Shown piece after piece: positions 52,948 through 61,978 of a stretch of 64,000 nt of DNA. The DNA is from an uncultured Planctomycetaceae bacterium (lineage in GTDB: Bacteria; Planctomycetota; Planctomycetia; Planctomycetales; Planctomycetaceae). Under the pieces are notes generated by a model. That model was not told the origin of the DNA. It searched no databases and saw only the letters and a program-made list of their open reading frames with translations. Position 1 is the first letter of the stretch. Every line of letters starts with the position of its first letter. Position numbers and translations under genes: made by a program. The DNA lies in the NCBI GenBank assembly GCA_963815195.1, contig CAWFGE010000012.1:864001-928000 (forward strand), written 5' to 3'.

Positions 52948-52987
52948 TATCTACATAAAGCATATATGTAAAATGCATCTAAGTCAA
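52948..52987 (-). promoter_or_regulatory. Sigma70 promoter TTGACT-17-TATGCT overlapped by two imperfect 19-bp palindromes (candidate NrtR operators)
   Basis: -35 at 52987-52982, -10 at 52964-52959; TATATGTAAAATGCATCTA (52963-52981) and TATCTACATAAAGCATATA (52948-52966). Confidence 0.65.
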
Positions 52988-53100
52988 GCGGGTGAATGGC
53001 AGATTTTTTTTGGCGGATCGAAAAGCGAATTTGAAATTAACTTGGAATGATTGGGCGATTCTTCAGCTCACAGGAATTCCCCGCTCAGCAAGTCAGGATC

Positions 53101-53272
53101 CGCCGGGTGCCACTGGCAGCTTGCTGCCAGTGTTTTCCTCAGATCACATTCCATTCTGATGGAAAGTTACGCCAGCCTACTCCGTGAAAGCACTGGCAAC
53201 AAGTTGCCAGTGGCACCCGAAAGGCTTCTTATTGAGAGTACAACGAATTAAACTCACAGTGCCACCCCGCCG
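53101..53272. mobile_element. 172-bp element A, copy 4 (diverged)
   Basis: Same length and ends; substitutions fall mostly in the spacer and tail while the palindromes are preserved. Confidence 0.88.
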
Positions 53273-53347
53273 CGAATTGGAATTCAACCAGATCTCGGCT
53301 AATTCCGCCTCGGCAGAGGGCGTCCACACGACCGTTCGCCGCGTCAT
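53273..53347 (-). pseudogene. ParE/RelE-like toxin truncated after 25 codons by element A
   Basis: MTRRTVVWTPSAEAELAEIWLNSNS; ATG overlaps the upstream stop; not listed in the ORF track. Confidence 0.65.
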
Positions 53348-53562
53348 AGGGCTTCCGAGTTCGCCAGGCGTTCCAGGACTTCCGCGGTCGTCCGTCCGCC
53401 TTTCTCGGTCATCGATCGGCGTTTGGCTTCCGCGATCTCGGCTTCGGAGAACGGCTGTGTGAAGCAGCCGATCCGATTGCCCTGCTCGTCAACGACTTCC
53501 AGCGGTTCGAAGGATTCCGCCAATTGCCTGGCTTGTTCCTCGGTGACGACGATTCTTACCAT
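53344..53562 (-). CDS. Small putative antitoxin
   Basis: 72 aa, RBS GGAAGG, C-terminal TTAEVLERL, coupled to the toxin-like stub. Confidence 0.65.
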   Translation of the reverse strand: MVRIVVTEEQARQLAESFEPLEVVDEQGNRIGCFTQPFSEAEIAEAKRRSMTEKGGRTTAEVLERLANSEAL

Positions 53563-53857
53563 ATTAACCTTCCTGTTCGCGAATGATTGGTTTCAGACGA
53601 TCTGTACCAAAATCTTGGGAGGTGTCGCCGGTAACAACATGTAGCCCAGATTGCTCGTACCCCGCACTGAAAGAGCCAAAAAGGAAGACAACCCAAGCGG
53701 CCACGCGTTTAGGAGTTGGCTCGGCAAAACACTCTTCAAGGACTTCTTTCATTTCTTTGCCTTCGCCAGAACAGATGAGAATCGCCTGTCAGGAATTATA
53801 CGGGATAACAGGGTATTTGGTTCAAAGGATTTTTCTTAAAAACCGCCCGCATAATGG

Positions 53858-54853
53858 CTACCCCCCAATCGAGTACATCGGCCGGTCCGGTTGGATGAAC
53901 CTCGCCGTATTGATTTCGTGGCCTTCTTTTTTTGTGGCGATGGAATCTTTGATGGCTTCGGCGATTTGGTCGTCGGGGGCGCCATCGCGGATCAGGGTTT
54001 TGATGTCGGTTTCTTCCAGGCTGAACAGGCAGTTGCGGAGTTTGCCGTCGGCGGTCAAGCGAAAGCGGTTGCAGCTCATGCAGAAGGGCCGGCTGACCGA
54101 GGCGATGAAACCCACGCGGCCCTTGCCGTCTTCAAACACGAAATCCGTCGCGGGGGCGCTGGGGTCTTGATGGCCTGTGGGAACGAGGGGCATGATTTCC
54201 TGGGACAACGTTTCGATGATCTCGTGGGCGAAGAGGACCTTGTCCCGCTCCCAGGCGTTGTCGGCATCGAGCGGCATGAACTCGATGAACCTGAGCTCCA
54301 CGCCGGTCTCGCGGGCGAAGCGGCCGAAGGGGACGATCTCATCTTCCGTGAGGCCGCGGACGGAGACCGCGTTGACCTTCACCGGATCGAAGCCCACCCG
54401 CTGGGCGGCCTGGATGCCTTCGATGACCTGCTCGTAACCTTCCCGGCGGGTGATCTGTTGGAACTTGACGGGATCGAGGGCGTCCAAGCTGACGTTAATT
54501 CTTCGGAGGCCGGCGTTCCAGAGGTTTTGGGCCTCATCGGCGAGGAGGATGCCGTTGGTGGTGATGCCGATGTCGCGGATTTCCGGGATGGCCGCGAGCT
54601 TTTCGACCAAGACGGAAAGTTCCCGCCGGACCAAAGGCTCGCCGCCGGTGAGGCGGATTTTGTTGACGCCCAGCTTGACCGCGATGCGGACGAAGCGTTC
54701 GATTTCCTCGAACGTCAAAAGCTGCGACTTCTGCATGAACTGCACGTTCTCGGCCGGCATGCAATAAAAGCAGCGGATGTTGCAGCGGTCGGTCACGCTG
54801 ATCCGCAGGTTGTTATGCACGCGGCCGAAGGAATCGACGAGTTGTTCCGGCAT
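53858..54853 (-). CDS. moaA: GTP 3',8-cyclase MoaA
   Basis: LRISVTDRCNIRCFYC, LTGGEP, FIEFMP, FC.SCNR.RLTADG, C-terminal IGG. Confidence 0.95.
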   Translation of the reverse strand: MPEQLVDSFGRVHNNLRISVTDRCNIRCFYCMPAENVQFMQKSQLLTFEEIERFVRIAVKLGVNKIRLTGGEPLVRRELSVLVEKLAAIPEIRDIGITTNGILLADEAQNLWNAGLRRINVSLDALDPVKFQQITRREGYEQVIEGIQAAQRVGFDPVKVNAVSVRGLTEDEIVPFGRFARETGVELRFIEFMPLDADNAWERDKVLFAHEIIETLSQEIMPLVPTGHQDPSAPATDFVFEDGKGRVGFIASVSRPFCMSCNRFRLTADGKLRNCLFSLEETDIKTLIRDGAPDDQIAEAIKDSIATKKEGHEINTARFIQPDRPMYSIGG

Positions 54854-54996
54854 CGGGGTCTGTCCAGGGATGGTTTGCGGCGTTCGGTTCTCGGTCGTCG
54901 GATCGGAACGCGGGGGCGGGGAATGATCCCTCAATTTTAGAGCGGGACGGGTCAGCTTGTCCACCGGCCTTTTTTCGGCATCGTTTCCCATTGGGT

Positions 54997-55269
54997 TTTT
55001 AACGCAAAGGCGCAAAGAGAAGACGCAAAGAACAGCGCGGCTTCTGCCCCAACCAAAAAGCTATGAACCGCGGATAACGCGGATAGGCGCGCATAAAAAA
55101 GATAGAACGCAAGAAAGGGAAAGAAAGCCACTGAAGCTTTTAGCAACGCACCTTAAGCATTTAAGCATTCAGATTTTTTCCAGAAGGATTTCATGCTGAA
55201 AGCGGATTGCTGAATGCGGGCTGCTTTCTTTGTGCTCTTTGCGTCTTCCCTTTGCGTCTTTGCGTTAAA
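54997..55269. repeat. Long imperfect inverted repeat of short CGCAAAG units enclosing an AT-rich spacer
   Basis: TTTAACGCAAAGGCGCAAAG..AAGACGCAAAGA versus TCTTTGCGTCTT..CTTTGCGTCTTTGCGTTAAA. Confidence 0.7.
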
Positions 55270-55294
55270 TCGATTTCTTGGAGATGTCGATTGC

Positions 55295-56887
55295 TCAATC
55301 GATCGCGGCGGGGGCGAAGTTTTGGAGGCGGTTTTGGTTTTGATTCTGCAGGGCTTGCTGGACGGCTCGGCGGCGGCCGCCGCCGCCGGCTTCTTGAATG
55401 GCGGTGCCGATGGTCGCGGGGTTCAAACCGCCGGTGAGCTGCAGGCCATCGATCTCCGCGCCGATCTGCCGGGCCTGCGTGAGGGCGTTGATGCGGGCGA
55501 GGCTGGTTTGCAGGTAGCGGTCCTGGATCGCGAGCACGGTCGGGTAGTTGAGCTGGCCCTGCTCGTAGCCTTGGATCGTCAGGTTCAGCGTTTTCTGGAG
55601 CTTGGGCAGCACGTTGTCCCTCAGGCGCTCGGCTTCGTTCTTGGCCTGGACGTAATCGCGATACGTCGCGGAGAGCTGATCGCGGAGCACGAGCTTCACC
55701 CGCTCCACCTCCGTCTTGGCCCGCTGGAGTTCCTGGCAGGAGTTATAGATCTGGCCCTGGTTGCGGTCGAAGAACGGCACCGGCAAGGCGACGAGCGCAT
55801 TGATGGTGCCATAGTCCATCACCCGGTCGTATTGGCCCACGACCTGCACGGTCACGTCGGGCACGGGCGTGGCTTGGTTCCGGATGAGAGTGCGATGGGC
55901 GATGCCCACCTGGGCTTCGGTGCTGTGAAGCTGCGGATTGGCCGTGAGCAGGCGGCCCAGTTCCTCGTCAAAGTTCAACTCGGGGAGCTTCGTTTCCGGT
56001 TCGATGAGATGGGTCATCGGCATTTCCGGCTGGCCGACAAACACCGCCAGCCGCCGCCACGCCGCCTCGTGCTCCGCCTTAATGTTCTCGAGAGCCAGTT
56101 CGACCTGGGCCACCTGGACCTCGGCTTGAAGGACGTCCGTTTCCGGGACCTGTTGGCCTTTGAGGAGTGCCTGGGCGGCTTTGAGGCTTTGCTCGGTGAT
56201 CTGGAGGATTTTCTCGACGAGTGCCACCTGCTGTTGCGCGCCGATGACGTCGAAGTACCGCCGGCGGACATCGGTGAGGACGCGGATTTTCTGGGCTTCG
56301 AACTGCCATTGGGTGTTTTGGATGCCGAAGACTTCGATGTCGCGGTTCTTCTGGAGTTTATTGGCGGTGATGAACGTCTGCTGGACGAGCATCCCGTTGG
56401 TGTGGGACTGGTCCGAGCGGGTCGTGTCGCTTTGGACGTAGCCCAGGGTCGGGTTGGGATACAGGCCGATTTGGAGCCAGTTGCCGCGCTCTTTTTCGAC
56501 CTCGGCCTGAGCCAACCGCAGCGTGGGATTGTTGTCGAGGGCGATCTGCTCCAACTGGGCGAGGGTCATGCCTTCCGGTGACGGAGCGAAATCAGGACTC
56601 GGTGCCGGGACCGGAACGCCGGGATTTGACGGAGGAGCGTTGTCCGCCCGGGCCGGTTTGGGTTGAGCCTTCGCGGGCTCGTCATCGTGGAGCGCCAACG
56701 GCACGAATCGGCCGTCGGTTTGCGCGATCCCGCCATTTGCCGATGTCGAAACGTGAGTCGTCGCGGGCTTGCAAGCGGCAAGCCGTTTCGGAGCCTGGGC
56801 GTCCCGCATGGAGTCGACGTTTGCGCAAGACGAGCACAGCAGAACCAGGCTGGCCCAACTCAGGGAAGTATATGAACACCGAGGCAT
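55295..56887 (-). CDS. TolC/CzcC-family outer membrane efflux protein
   Basis: Lipoprotein-like N-terminus, AL.NNP.L, YPNP, P.FDRNQG, Y.QG. Confidence 0.88.
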   Translation of the reverse strand: MPRCSYTSLSWASLVLLCSSCANVDSMRDAQAPKRLAACKPATTHVSTSANGGIAQTDGRFVPLALHDDEPAKAQPKPARADNAPPSNPGVPVPAPSPDFAPSPEGMTLAQLEQIALDNNPTLRLAQAEVEKERGNWLQIGLYPNPTLGYVQSDTTRSDQSHTNGMLVQQTFITANKLQKNRDIEVFGIQNTQWQFEAQKIRVLTDVRRRYFDVIGAQQQVALVEKILQITEQSLKAAQALLKGQQVPETDVLQAEVQVAQVELALENIKAEHEAAWRRLAVFVGQPEMPMTHLIEPETKLPELNFDEELGRLLTANPQLHSTEAQVGIAHRTLIRNQATPVPDVTVQVVGQYDRVMDYGTINALVALPVPFFDRNQGQIYNSCQELQRAKTEVERVKLVLRDQLSATYRDYVQAKNEAERLRDNVLPKLQKTLNLTIQGYEQGQLNYPTVLAIQDRYLQTSLARINALTQARQIGAEIDGLQLTGGLNPATIGTAIQEAGGGGRRRAVQQALQNQNQNRLQNFAPAAID

Positions 56888-56972
56888 AACTCGCTCCGAA
56901 ACCGAAGATGGAAAAAGCGGATGGGCGGGCCCTTGAGGAAATCACCGCCCGGGGGGTGTCTCGGCACGTTGC

Positions 56973-57371
56973 CTAAATCCGCAGCTTTCCCAAGCGCGCT
57001 CGGAGCGGCGTCGATCGTTCTGTGTGCCAATCTCGGCGCGGATGTTCCGGTCCCTCCACAGCGAGCCTCTCTCGGTGGACCTCACCAAAGTCGGCCGATT
57101 CGATTGGGCGAATACTTTGGGGCGTTTTTCCCAAGCGAGGCTCCAGAACGGATGCCTGGCAGAAAGGACACTTGGGGCCCTGGTGCCCGTCTTTTCGCGG
57201 CTTCGGCAGCGGAGAGGGATTTTTTTCGGACCCGTGCGTTTTGCTGCAGCAACAGCAAGGGGCGTTCGGCGTTTCCGTGGGAGCCTTCGCAGCGGCGCAA
57301 AGGCAGCAGGGGACGATGGTTTGCCAAACCACCGCCACAATCAACCCGATGCACGCCGCTCGGTGCTTCAT
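56973..57371 (-). CDS. Small Cys-rich exported protein upstream of TolC (DUF2946-like)
   Basis: Signal-like N-terminus, PCCLC, PCCCC, CPFC. Confidence 0.55.
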   Translation of the reverse strand: MKHRAACIGLIVAVVWQTIVPCCLCAAAKAPTETPNAPCCCCSKTHGSEKNPSPLPKPRKDGHQGPKCPFCQASVLEPRLGKTPQSIRPIESADFGEVHRERLAVEGPEHPRRDWHTERSTPLRARLGKLRI

Positions 57372-57668
57372 GTTCAAACGATCCCCAAGCCGAGAGGAAA
57401 TTCTGAGCAACCTTGTCGGTGGTATCGGCCGATCCGAAAAGAGGACTTGACACGGAAATTCCGGTTGCAGGGATTCTCCGGGGGAGAAATTGGGAATCCG
57501 CGCGATTGACAGGCGATGGGCCGGATTCAATAATAGATTTGTTGATGGGCGTCGCGCCGGCGTCCATTCGATTCCGGTCATGACTGCCCCCTCCGAGCGA
57601 TGTTCGCGCTCGAGGGGTTTTTTGTTGGAATGGGGTTGGATCGAAATGCCTGCAGAAAAGGAATCCCG

Positions 57669-58142
57669 ATGACGTTCAAACATGAAAAGCCGGTTGTTCC
57701 TGTGATTTGGGTGGTGGTCGCGGACCGTTCGCGGGCCAGGATCCTCTCGGCCGACTGGCCCGAGCCTTCGGAGTGGACGGAAGCCGCCGACATGGTCCAT
57801 GCGGAAGGCTCACTGAAGGGAACCGACGTCAACACCGATGGGCCGACCAATTTTGGCGAAACAATGCGCGGCCACCATGACGGCGAACCCAAGACCGACT
57901 TCAAACATCAGACGGCCGAGCGGTTCGCCGATGAAATCATCGCCAAGCTCGAAGAGGGCCGGGTGAAAAACCAGTTCGGGAAATTGGGGGTGGTTTGTCC
58001 GCCGCTGTTTTTGGGCGTCCTCCGAAACAAGTTGTCCTCTCAATTGGAGCAAATGGTGACGCTGGAACTCGACAAGGACTACACCCACGTGAAATTCAAG
58101 GACATCTGCGCCCATTTGAATTCCGAGTTGGCATCGGCCTGA
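57669..58142 (+). CDS. Host attachment protein / baeRF-like family
   Basis: RBS AAAGGA; WVVVAD..RARI, FA, V.PP.FLG.LR, KDYT. Confidence 0.82.
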   Translation: MTFKHEKPVVPVIWVVVADRSRARILSADWPEPSEWTEAADMVHAEGSLKGTDVNTDGPTNFGETMRGHHDGEPKTDFKHQTAERFADEIIAKLEEGRVKNQFGKLGVVCPPLFLGVLRNKLSSQLEQMVTLELDKDYTHVKFKDICAHLNSELASA

Positions 58143-58155
58143 GGGAGTTTCTCCC

Positions 58156-58953
58156 ATGACCGAATCGCTGTTGGAAACCACCGCCGCCGACGGGGTGTTG
58201 CGGATTGCGCTCGATCGGCCAAACAAACGCAACGCCCTCTCGCGGGAACTGATTCGCCAACTGCATGTGGCGGTCGATCAAGCCGCGGGTGATGAGGGCG
58301 TCCGGCTCGTCGTGCTCGCGGCGAACGGGCCGGCGTTTTGTGCGGGGATGGATCTGGCCGAGATGCAAGACCGCGCCGGCCAACCGAACGCCCGGGAAAT
58401 TTGGCAAGAGGACACCCAGGTTTACCGCGATCTCTTGGTGGCGATTGTGACGCTGACCAAACCCACGCTCGCGGTCGTCCAAGGGCCGGCTCTGGCGGGC
58501 GGGATGGGTCTGGCGATGGCCTGCGATTTGGTATTGGCGACCGACGCCGCCGTCTTCGGTCTGCCCGAACCCAAGCGAGGCATCACCGCCGCGGTCGTCG
58601 CCCCGTTGGTCTGCTATCGAGCCGGCCTCAGCACGGCGTCTTATCTCTTGCTCTCCGGCAAAAACCTCACCGCAACCGAAAGCGAACAACGCGGCCTCTG
58701 TCATCAAGTCGTTTCCAGTGAAGATCTCAAAACCGCGGAACAAGATCTTTGCCGCAGCATCCTCACCGGAGCCCCCGCCGCGCTGGCCATGACGAAAGCC
58801 CATCTCTTGAACACAGCCGGCAAGGACCTCATCGCCCAACTGGACGCCGGGATGGAAGTTTCCGCGAAGGCCCGCGAGACAGCGGACGCCCGCGAAGGCC
58901 TCGCCGCGTTCTTGGAAAAACGCCACCCGAAGTGGTCCCCGCCGGCAGAGTGA
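58156..58953 (+). CDS. Enoyl-CoA hydratase/isomerase family
   Basis: DRP.KRNALS, FCAGMDL, ALAGG, FGLPE, EGL.AF.EKR.P.W. Confidence 0.92.
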   Translation: MTESLLETTAADGVLRIALDRPNKRNALSRELIRQLHVAVDQAAGDEGVRLVVLAANGPAFCAGMDLAEMQDRAGQPNAREIWQEDTQVYRDLLVAIVTLTKPTLAVVQGPALAGGMGLAMACDLVLATDAAVFGLPEPKRGITAAVVAPLVCYRAGLSTASYLLLSGKNLTATESEQRGLCHQVVSSEDLKTAEQDLCRSILTGAPAALAMTKAHLLNTAGKDLIAQLDAGMEVSAKARETADAREGLAAFLEKRHPKWSPPAE

Positions 58954-59001
58954 CGGCGTTATTCGAAATCGCCCGTCCCAAGGGCCCGACGCGCGGATTC
59001 A

Positions 59002-59052
59002 ACAGAATCATGGTTTTTTACAAAATCATGATTTTGTGAACCATGATTCTGT
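59002..59052. repeat. AT-rich palindrome
   Basis: ACAGAATCATGGTT..ACAAAATCATGATTTTGT..AACCATGATTCTGT. Confidence 0.7.
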
Positions 59053-59259
59053 GATTAGGACCGGAGTGCATGCGGTCCGGTCCGAGATTTGTGCGAGGAG
59101 TGCGATTCTTCGGATAAGCGTCGTGGACGATCGGGAGCGTTGACGTTTATTGGATTGGGCCGGGTTTTTGTTATGCTAATGGAACAAGGCGGCGCGGAAC
59201 CTTTCTCGCTCGTGGGTGTTCTTTAACCCAGACTTCTTCACTTCCTTTTGGAGCACGAC

Positions 59260-59997
59260 ATGATGGACAATCTCACTTCCGGCCGGCGGCGGTTCTTGCA
59301 GGGGGCGGCCCTCACGACCGCGGCGTTTGCAGTGCCCGGCGTGTTTGCCGAGGAGCTTTCCCGAACGCCCCGCCAGACCGAGGGGCCGTTTTATCCCGAC
59401 CATTTGCCGCTCGATACCGACAACGATCTCTTGATCATCAACGACACGATCACCCCCGGCGTCGGACAGATTACCCATTTGACCGGGCGGGTGCTCAGCC
59501 CCGCGGGCGAACCGGTGCGTGGCGCCGTCGTCGAAATCTGGCAAGCCGACAACCACGGCGTTTACATCCACTCGCAAAGCGCGGGAAGCGGGAACCGCGA
59601 CAAAAACTTCCAGGGCTTCGGGCGGTTTCTGACTGGCTCGAAAGGCGAGTATTACTTCCGCACGATCCGCCCCGTGCCTTATGTGCCCCGCACGCCGCAC
59701 ATCCATTTCGCGGTGAACATCAAAGGCAAACGCTACCTGACGACGCAGTGTTATATTAAAGGCCACGAACTCAACGACCGCGACGGCGTGCTCAGGGGCC
59801 TCCGGGATCCCAAGGCCCGCGAACTCTTGATGGTCGATTTCAAGCCGATCAAAGCTTCGAAGCTGGACGAATTCGCCGCGAACTTTGACATCATCATCGG
59901 CACCACGCCGGAAGATCCCGAAGAGCGCGGCCCCGGCGGCCGTCCCCCCGCAGGCGGTCCGCGCGGCAATCGCCCCCAAGGCCCGCCCCGCCGGTAA
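59260..59997 (+). CDS. Intradiol ring-cleavage dioxygenase-like protein, Tat-exported
   Basis: RRRFL, TEGPFYP, EIWQAD..G.Y, RTPHIHF. Confidence 0.88.
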   Translation: MMDNLTSGRRRFLQGAALTTAAFAVPGVFAEELSRTPRQTEGPFYPDHLPLDTDNDLLIINDTITPGVGQITHLTGRVLSPAGEPVRGAVVEIWQADNHGVYIHSQSAGSGNRDKNFQGFGRFLTGSKGEYYFRTIRPVPYVPRTPHIHFAVNIKGKRYLTTQCYIKGHELNDRDGVLRGLRDPKARELLMVDFKPIKASKLDEFAANFDIIIGTTPEDPEERGPGGRPPAGGPRGNRPQGPPRR

Positions 59998-60018
59998 TTG
60001 AAGCGGGCGCATCGAAAC

Positions 60019-60076
60019 AGAGCCGCGCACGAAGTCATCGGATTCTAAAAAGACCGCTTACGGCGTGCGCGGCTCT
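60019..60076. repeat. REP doublet (family D, AGAGCCGCGCACG)
   Basis: AGAGCCGCGCACG..CGTGCGCGGCTCT; the same family recurs at 63777-63865. Confidence 0.75.
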
Positions 60077-60223
60077 TGCCCTTCAATTCCCGGTTCAAGT
60101 GCGGCTCTGGCGCTTGAATCTCTGGCTCGAAGAGCGGTACACTGAACCATCATTCTTATGAAGGACCGCCTTCCTCCACCGGTTTTTTCACATTTCCCTG
60201 ACCTCCCGCCAGGAGCCTTGCTC

Positions 60224-61678
60224 ATGTCTCATCAATCGCGCCGTGAATTCTTGGAACGTTCGATGTTTGCCGCCGCGGCCGCCGTCGCCGCCGGTTCGGG
60301 CAGCACCAGGCTCCTCGCCCAGGAACAGCAATCGTCCAGCCCGAACGAACGGCTGCGGGTGGCGGTGCTGGGTGTTCGCAGCCGGGGCAAGACGCATCTG
60401 GACGCTTACAAAAAACGGGCCGACACCGAAATCGCGATCATTGTCGATGTGGACGAAGTCATCGGCCAGAAGGCGGTCGACGACATCGAAAAAGCGACCG
60501 GCAAACGCCCGCATTACCTCAAGGACATGCGGCAGGCGTTTGACGACAAGTCCATCGATCTCGTGAGCATCGCCACGCCCAACCATTGGCATTCGCTCGC
60601 GACGATCTGGGCGGTGCAGGCCGGGAAAGACGTTTACGTGGAAAAACCGGTGAGCCACAACGTCAGTGAAGGCCGGCGGGCGGTGCAAGCCGCGCGGAAG
60701 TACAACAAAATCGTGCAGACCGGCACCCAATGCCGATCCACCGGCGCAACGACCGCCGCGGTGGAGTTTGTACAATCGGGCGGCATCGGCGAAGTGAACC
60801 TCGCCCGCGGGCTGTGCTACAAACCCCGGGGCTCTATCGGGCCGCGCGGCAAATATCCGATCCCGCAATCCGTCGATTACAATCTCTGGACCGGCCCGGC
60901 CGCGCTCTTGCCGCTCACCCGGCCGAAGCTGCACTACGATTGGCATTGGCAGTGGAACACGGGCAACGGCGATTTGGGCAACCAGGGCATCCATCAAATG
61001 GACATTTGCCGCTGGGGTTTGGGGCTCGACGGCATCGGCCAAGGCGTACTCAGCTACGGCGGACGCTTCGGATACGAAGACGCCGGCGAAACCGCCAACA
61101 CTCAGGTCAACATCCACGACTACGGCGACAAGCAAATCATCTTCGAAGTCCGCGGCCTGCCTACCGAAAGCCTCCGCGGAGCCAAGGTCGGGGTGATCTT
61201 CTACGGCACCAAAGGTTACGTCGTGATGACCCAATACACCGCCGGGGCCGCGTTCGATTTGGATGGCAACCTCATCAAACCGTTCACCGGCGGCGACGAC
61301 CACTTCGGCAATTTCATCAAGGCCGTCCGCACCCGGAATCCCGAAGACTTAAACGCCGACATCGAAGAAGGCCACTACTCAAGCGCCCTCTGCCATCTGG
61401 GGAACGTCTCGATGAACCTGGGCGATCTCGTCACCGGGGCCCAAGCCAAGGAACGCCTGGACGGCAACCGCGAATCGCTGGAAACGTTCGAGCGGTTCTC
61501 CGAGCACCTGGGCAAAAACAGCGTCGATCTGGGCAAGACCAAGCTCCGCCTGGGCAAGCAGCTCAAAATCGATCCGCGGAAGGAAGTCTTCGTGGGCGAG
61601 TTCGCGGAACTGGCCAATCCGCACCTGACCCGCGAATACCGCAAAGATTTCGCGGTGCCCAGCGAAGCGCAACTGTGA
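60224..61678 (+). CDS. Gfo/Idh/MocA oxidoreductase, Tat-exported
   Basis: SRREFL, IATPNHWH, DVYVEKP, GTQ.RS, NQG.HQ.D. Confidence 0.92.
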   Translation: MSHQSRREFLERSMFAAAAAVAAGSGSTRLLAQEQQSSSPNERLRVAVLGVRSRGKTHLDAYKKRADTEIAIIVDVDEVIGQKAVDDIEKATGKRPHYLKDMRQAFDDKSIDLVSIATPNHWHSLATIWAVQAGKDVYVEKPVSHNVSEGRRAVQAARKYNKIVQTGTQCRSTGATTAAVEFVQSGGIGEVNLARGLCYKPRGSIGPRGKYPIPQSVDYNLWTGPAALLPLTRPKLHYDWHWQWNTGNGDLGNQGIHQMDICRWGLGLDGIGQGVLSYGGRFGYEDAGETANTQVNIHDYGDKQIIFEVRGLPTESLRGAKVGVIFYGTKGYVVMTQYTAGAAFDLDGNLIKPFTGGDDHFGNFIKAVRTRNPEDLNADIEEGHYSSALCHLGNVSMNLGDLVTGAQAKERLDGNRESLETFERFSEHLGKNSVDLGKTKLRLGKQLKIDPRKEVFVGEFAELANPHLTREYRKDFAVPSEAQL

Positions 61679-61680
61679 TC

Positions 61681-61723
61681 GTAGCGCGCGGACCAACCTG
61701 CGGTCGGTGCCCGCGTAAGCCCC
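61681..61723 (+). repeat. Intergenic family C REP
   Basis: GCGCGGACCAACCTGCGGTCGGTGCCCGCGTAAGCCCC. Confidence 0.8.
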
Positions 61724-61978
61724 AGGATTTCAACGAATCACAAAAAAGCCATTCCGATCATTGGGCTGACGCCCAACGCTCGCCGGTTTGATTCCCAACT
61801 TCAAAGAACACCGGAGAAATTTTACGTCTCCGGTGTTTTTTCTGCGCGGAGTTGGTATATCCGGTGAATGTGCTGGGAACTTTCCTCTCGTTTCCCCACA
61901 GGGAAACTCCGCCGGTTGCCGCCGGAAAATTACGGTTCTATAATTCCATTGCATTTCGTTAATCACCTTGAGGGAACC

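Noticed and set aside
53564..53752. 62-aa minus-strand ORF between moaA and the antitoxin
   Set aside because: No recognisable motif and insufficient support.
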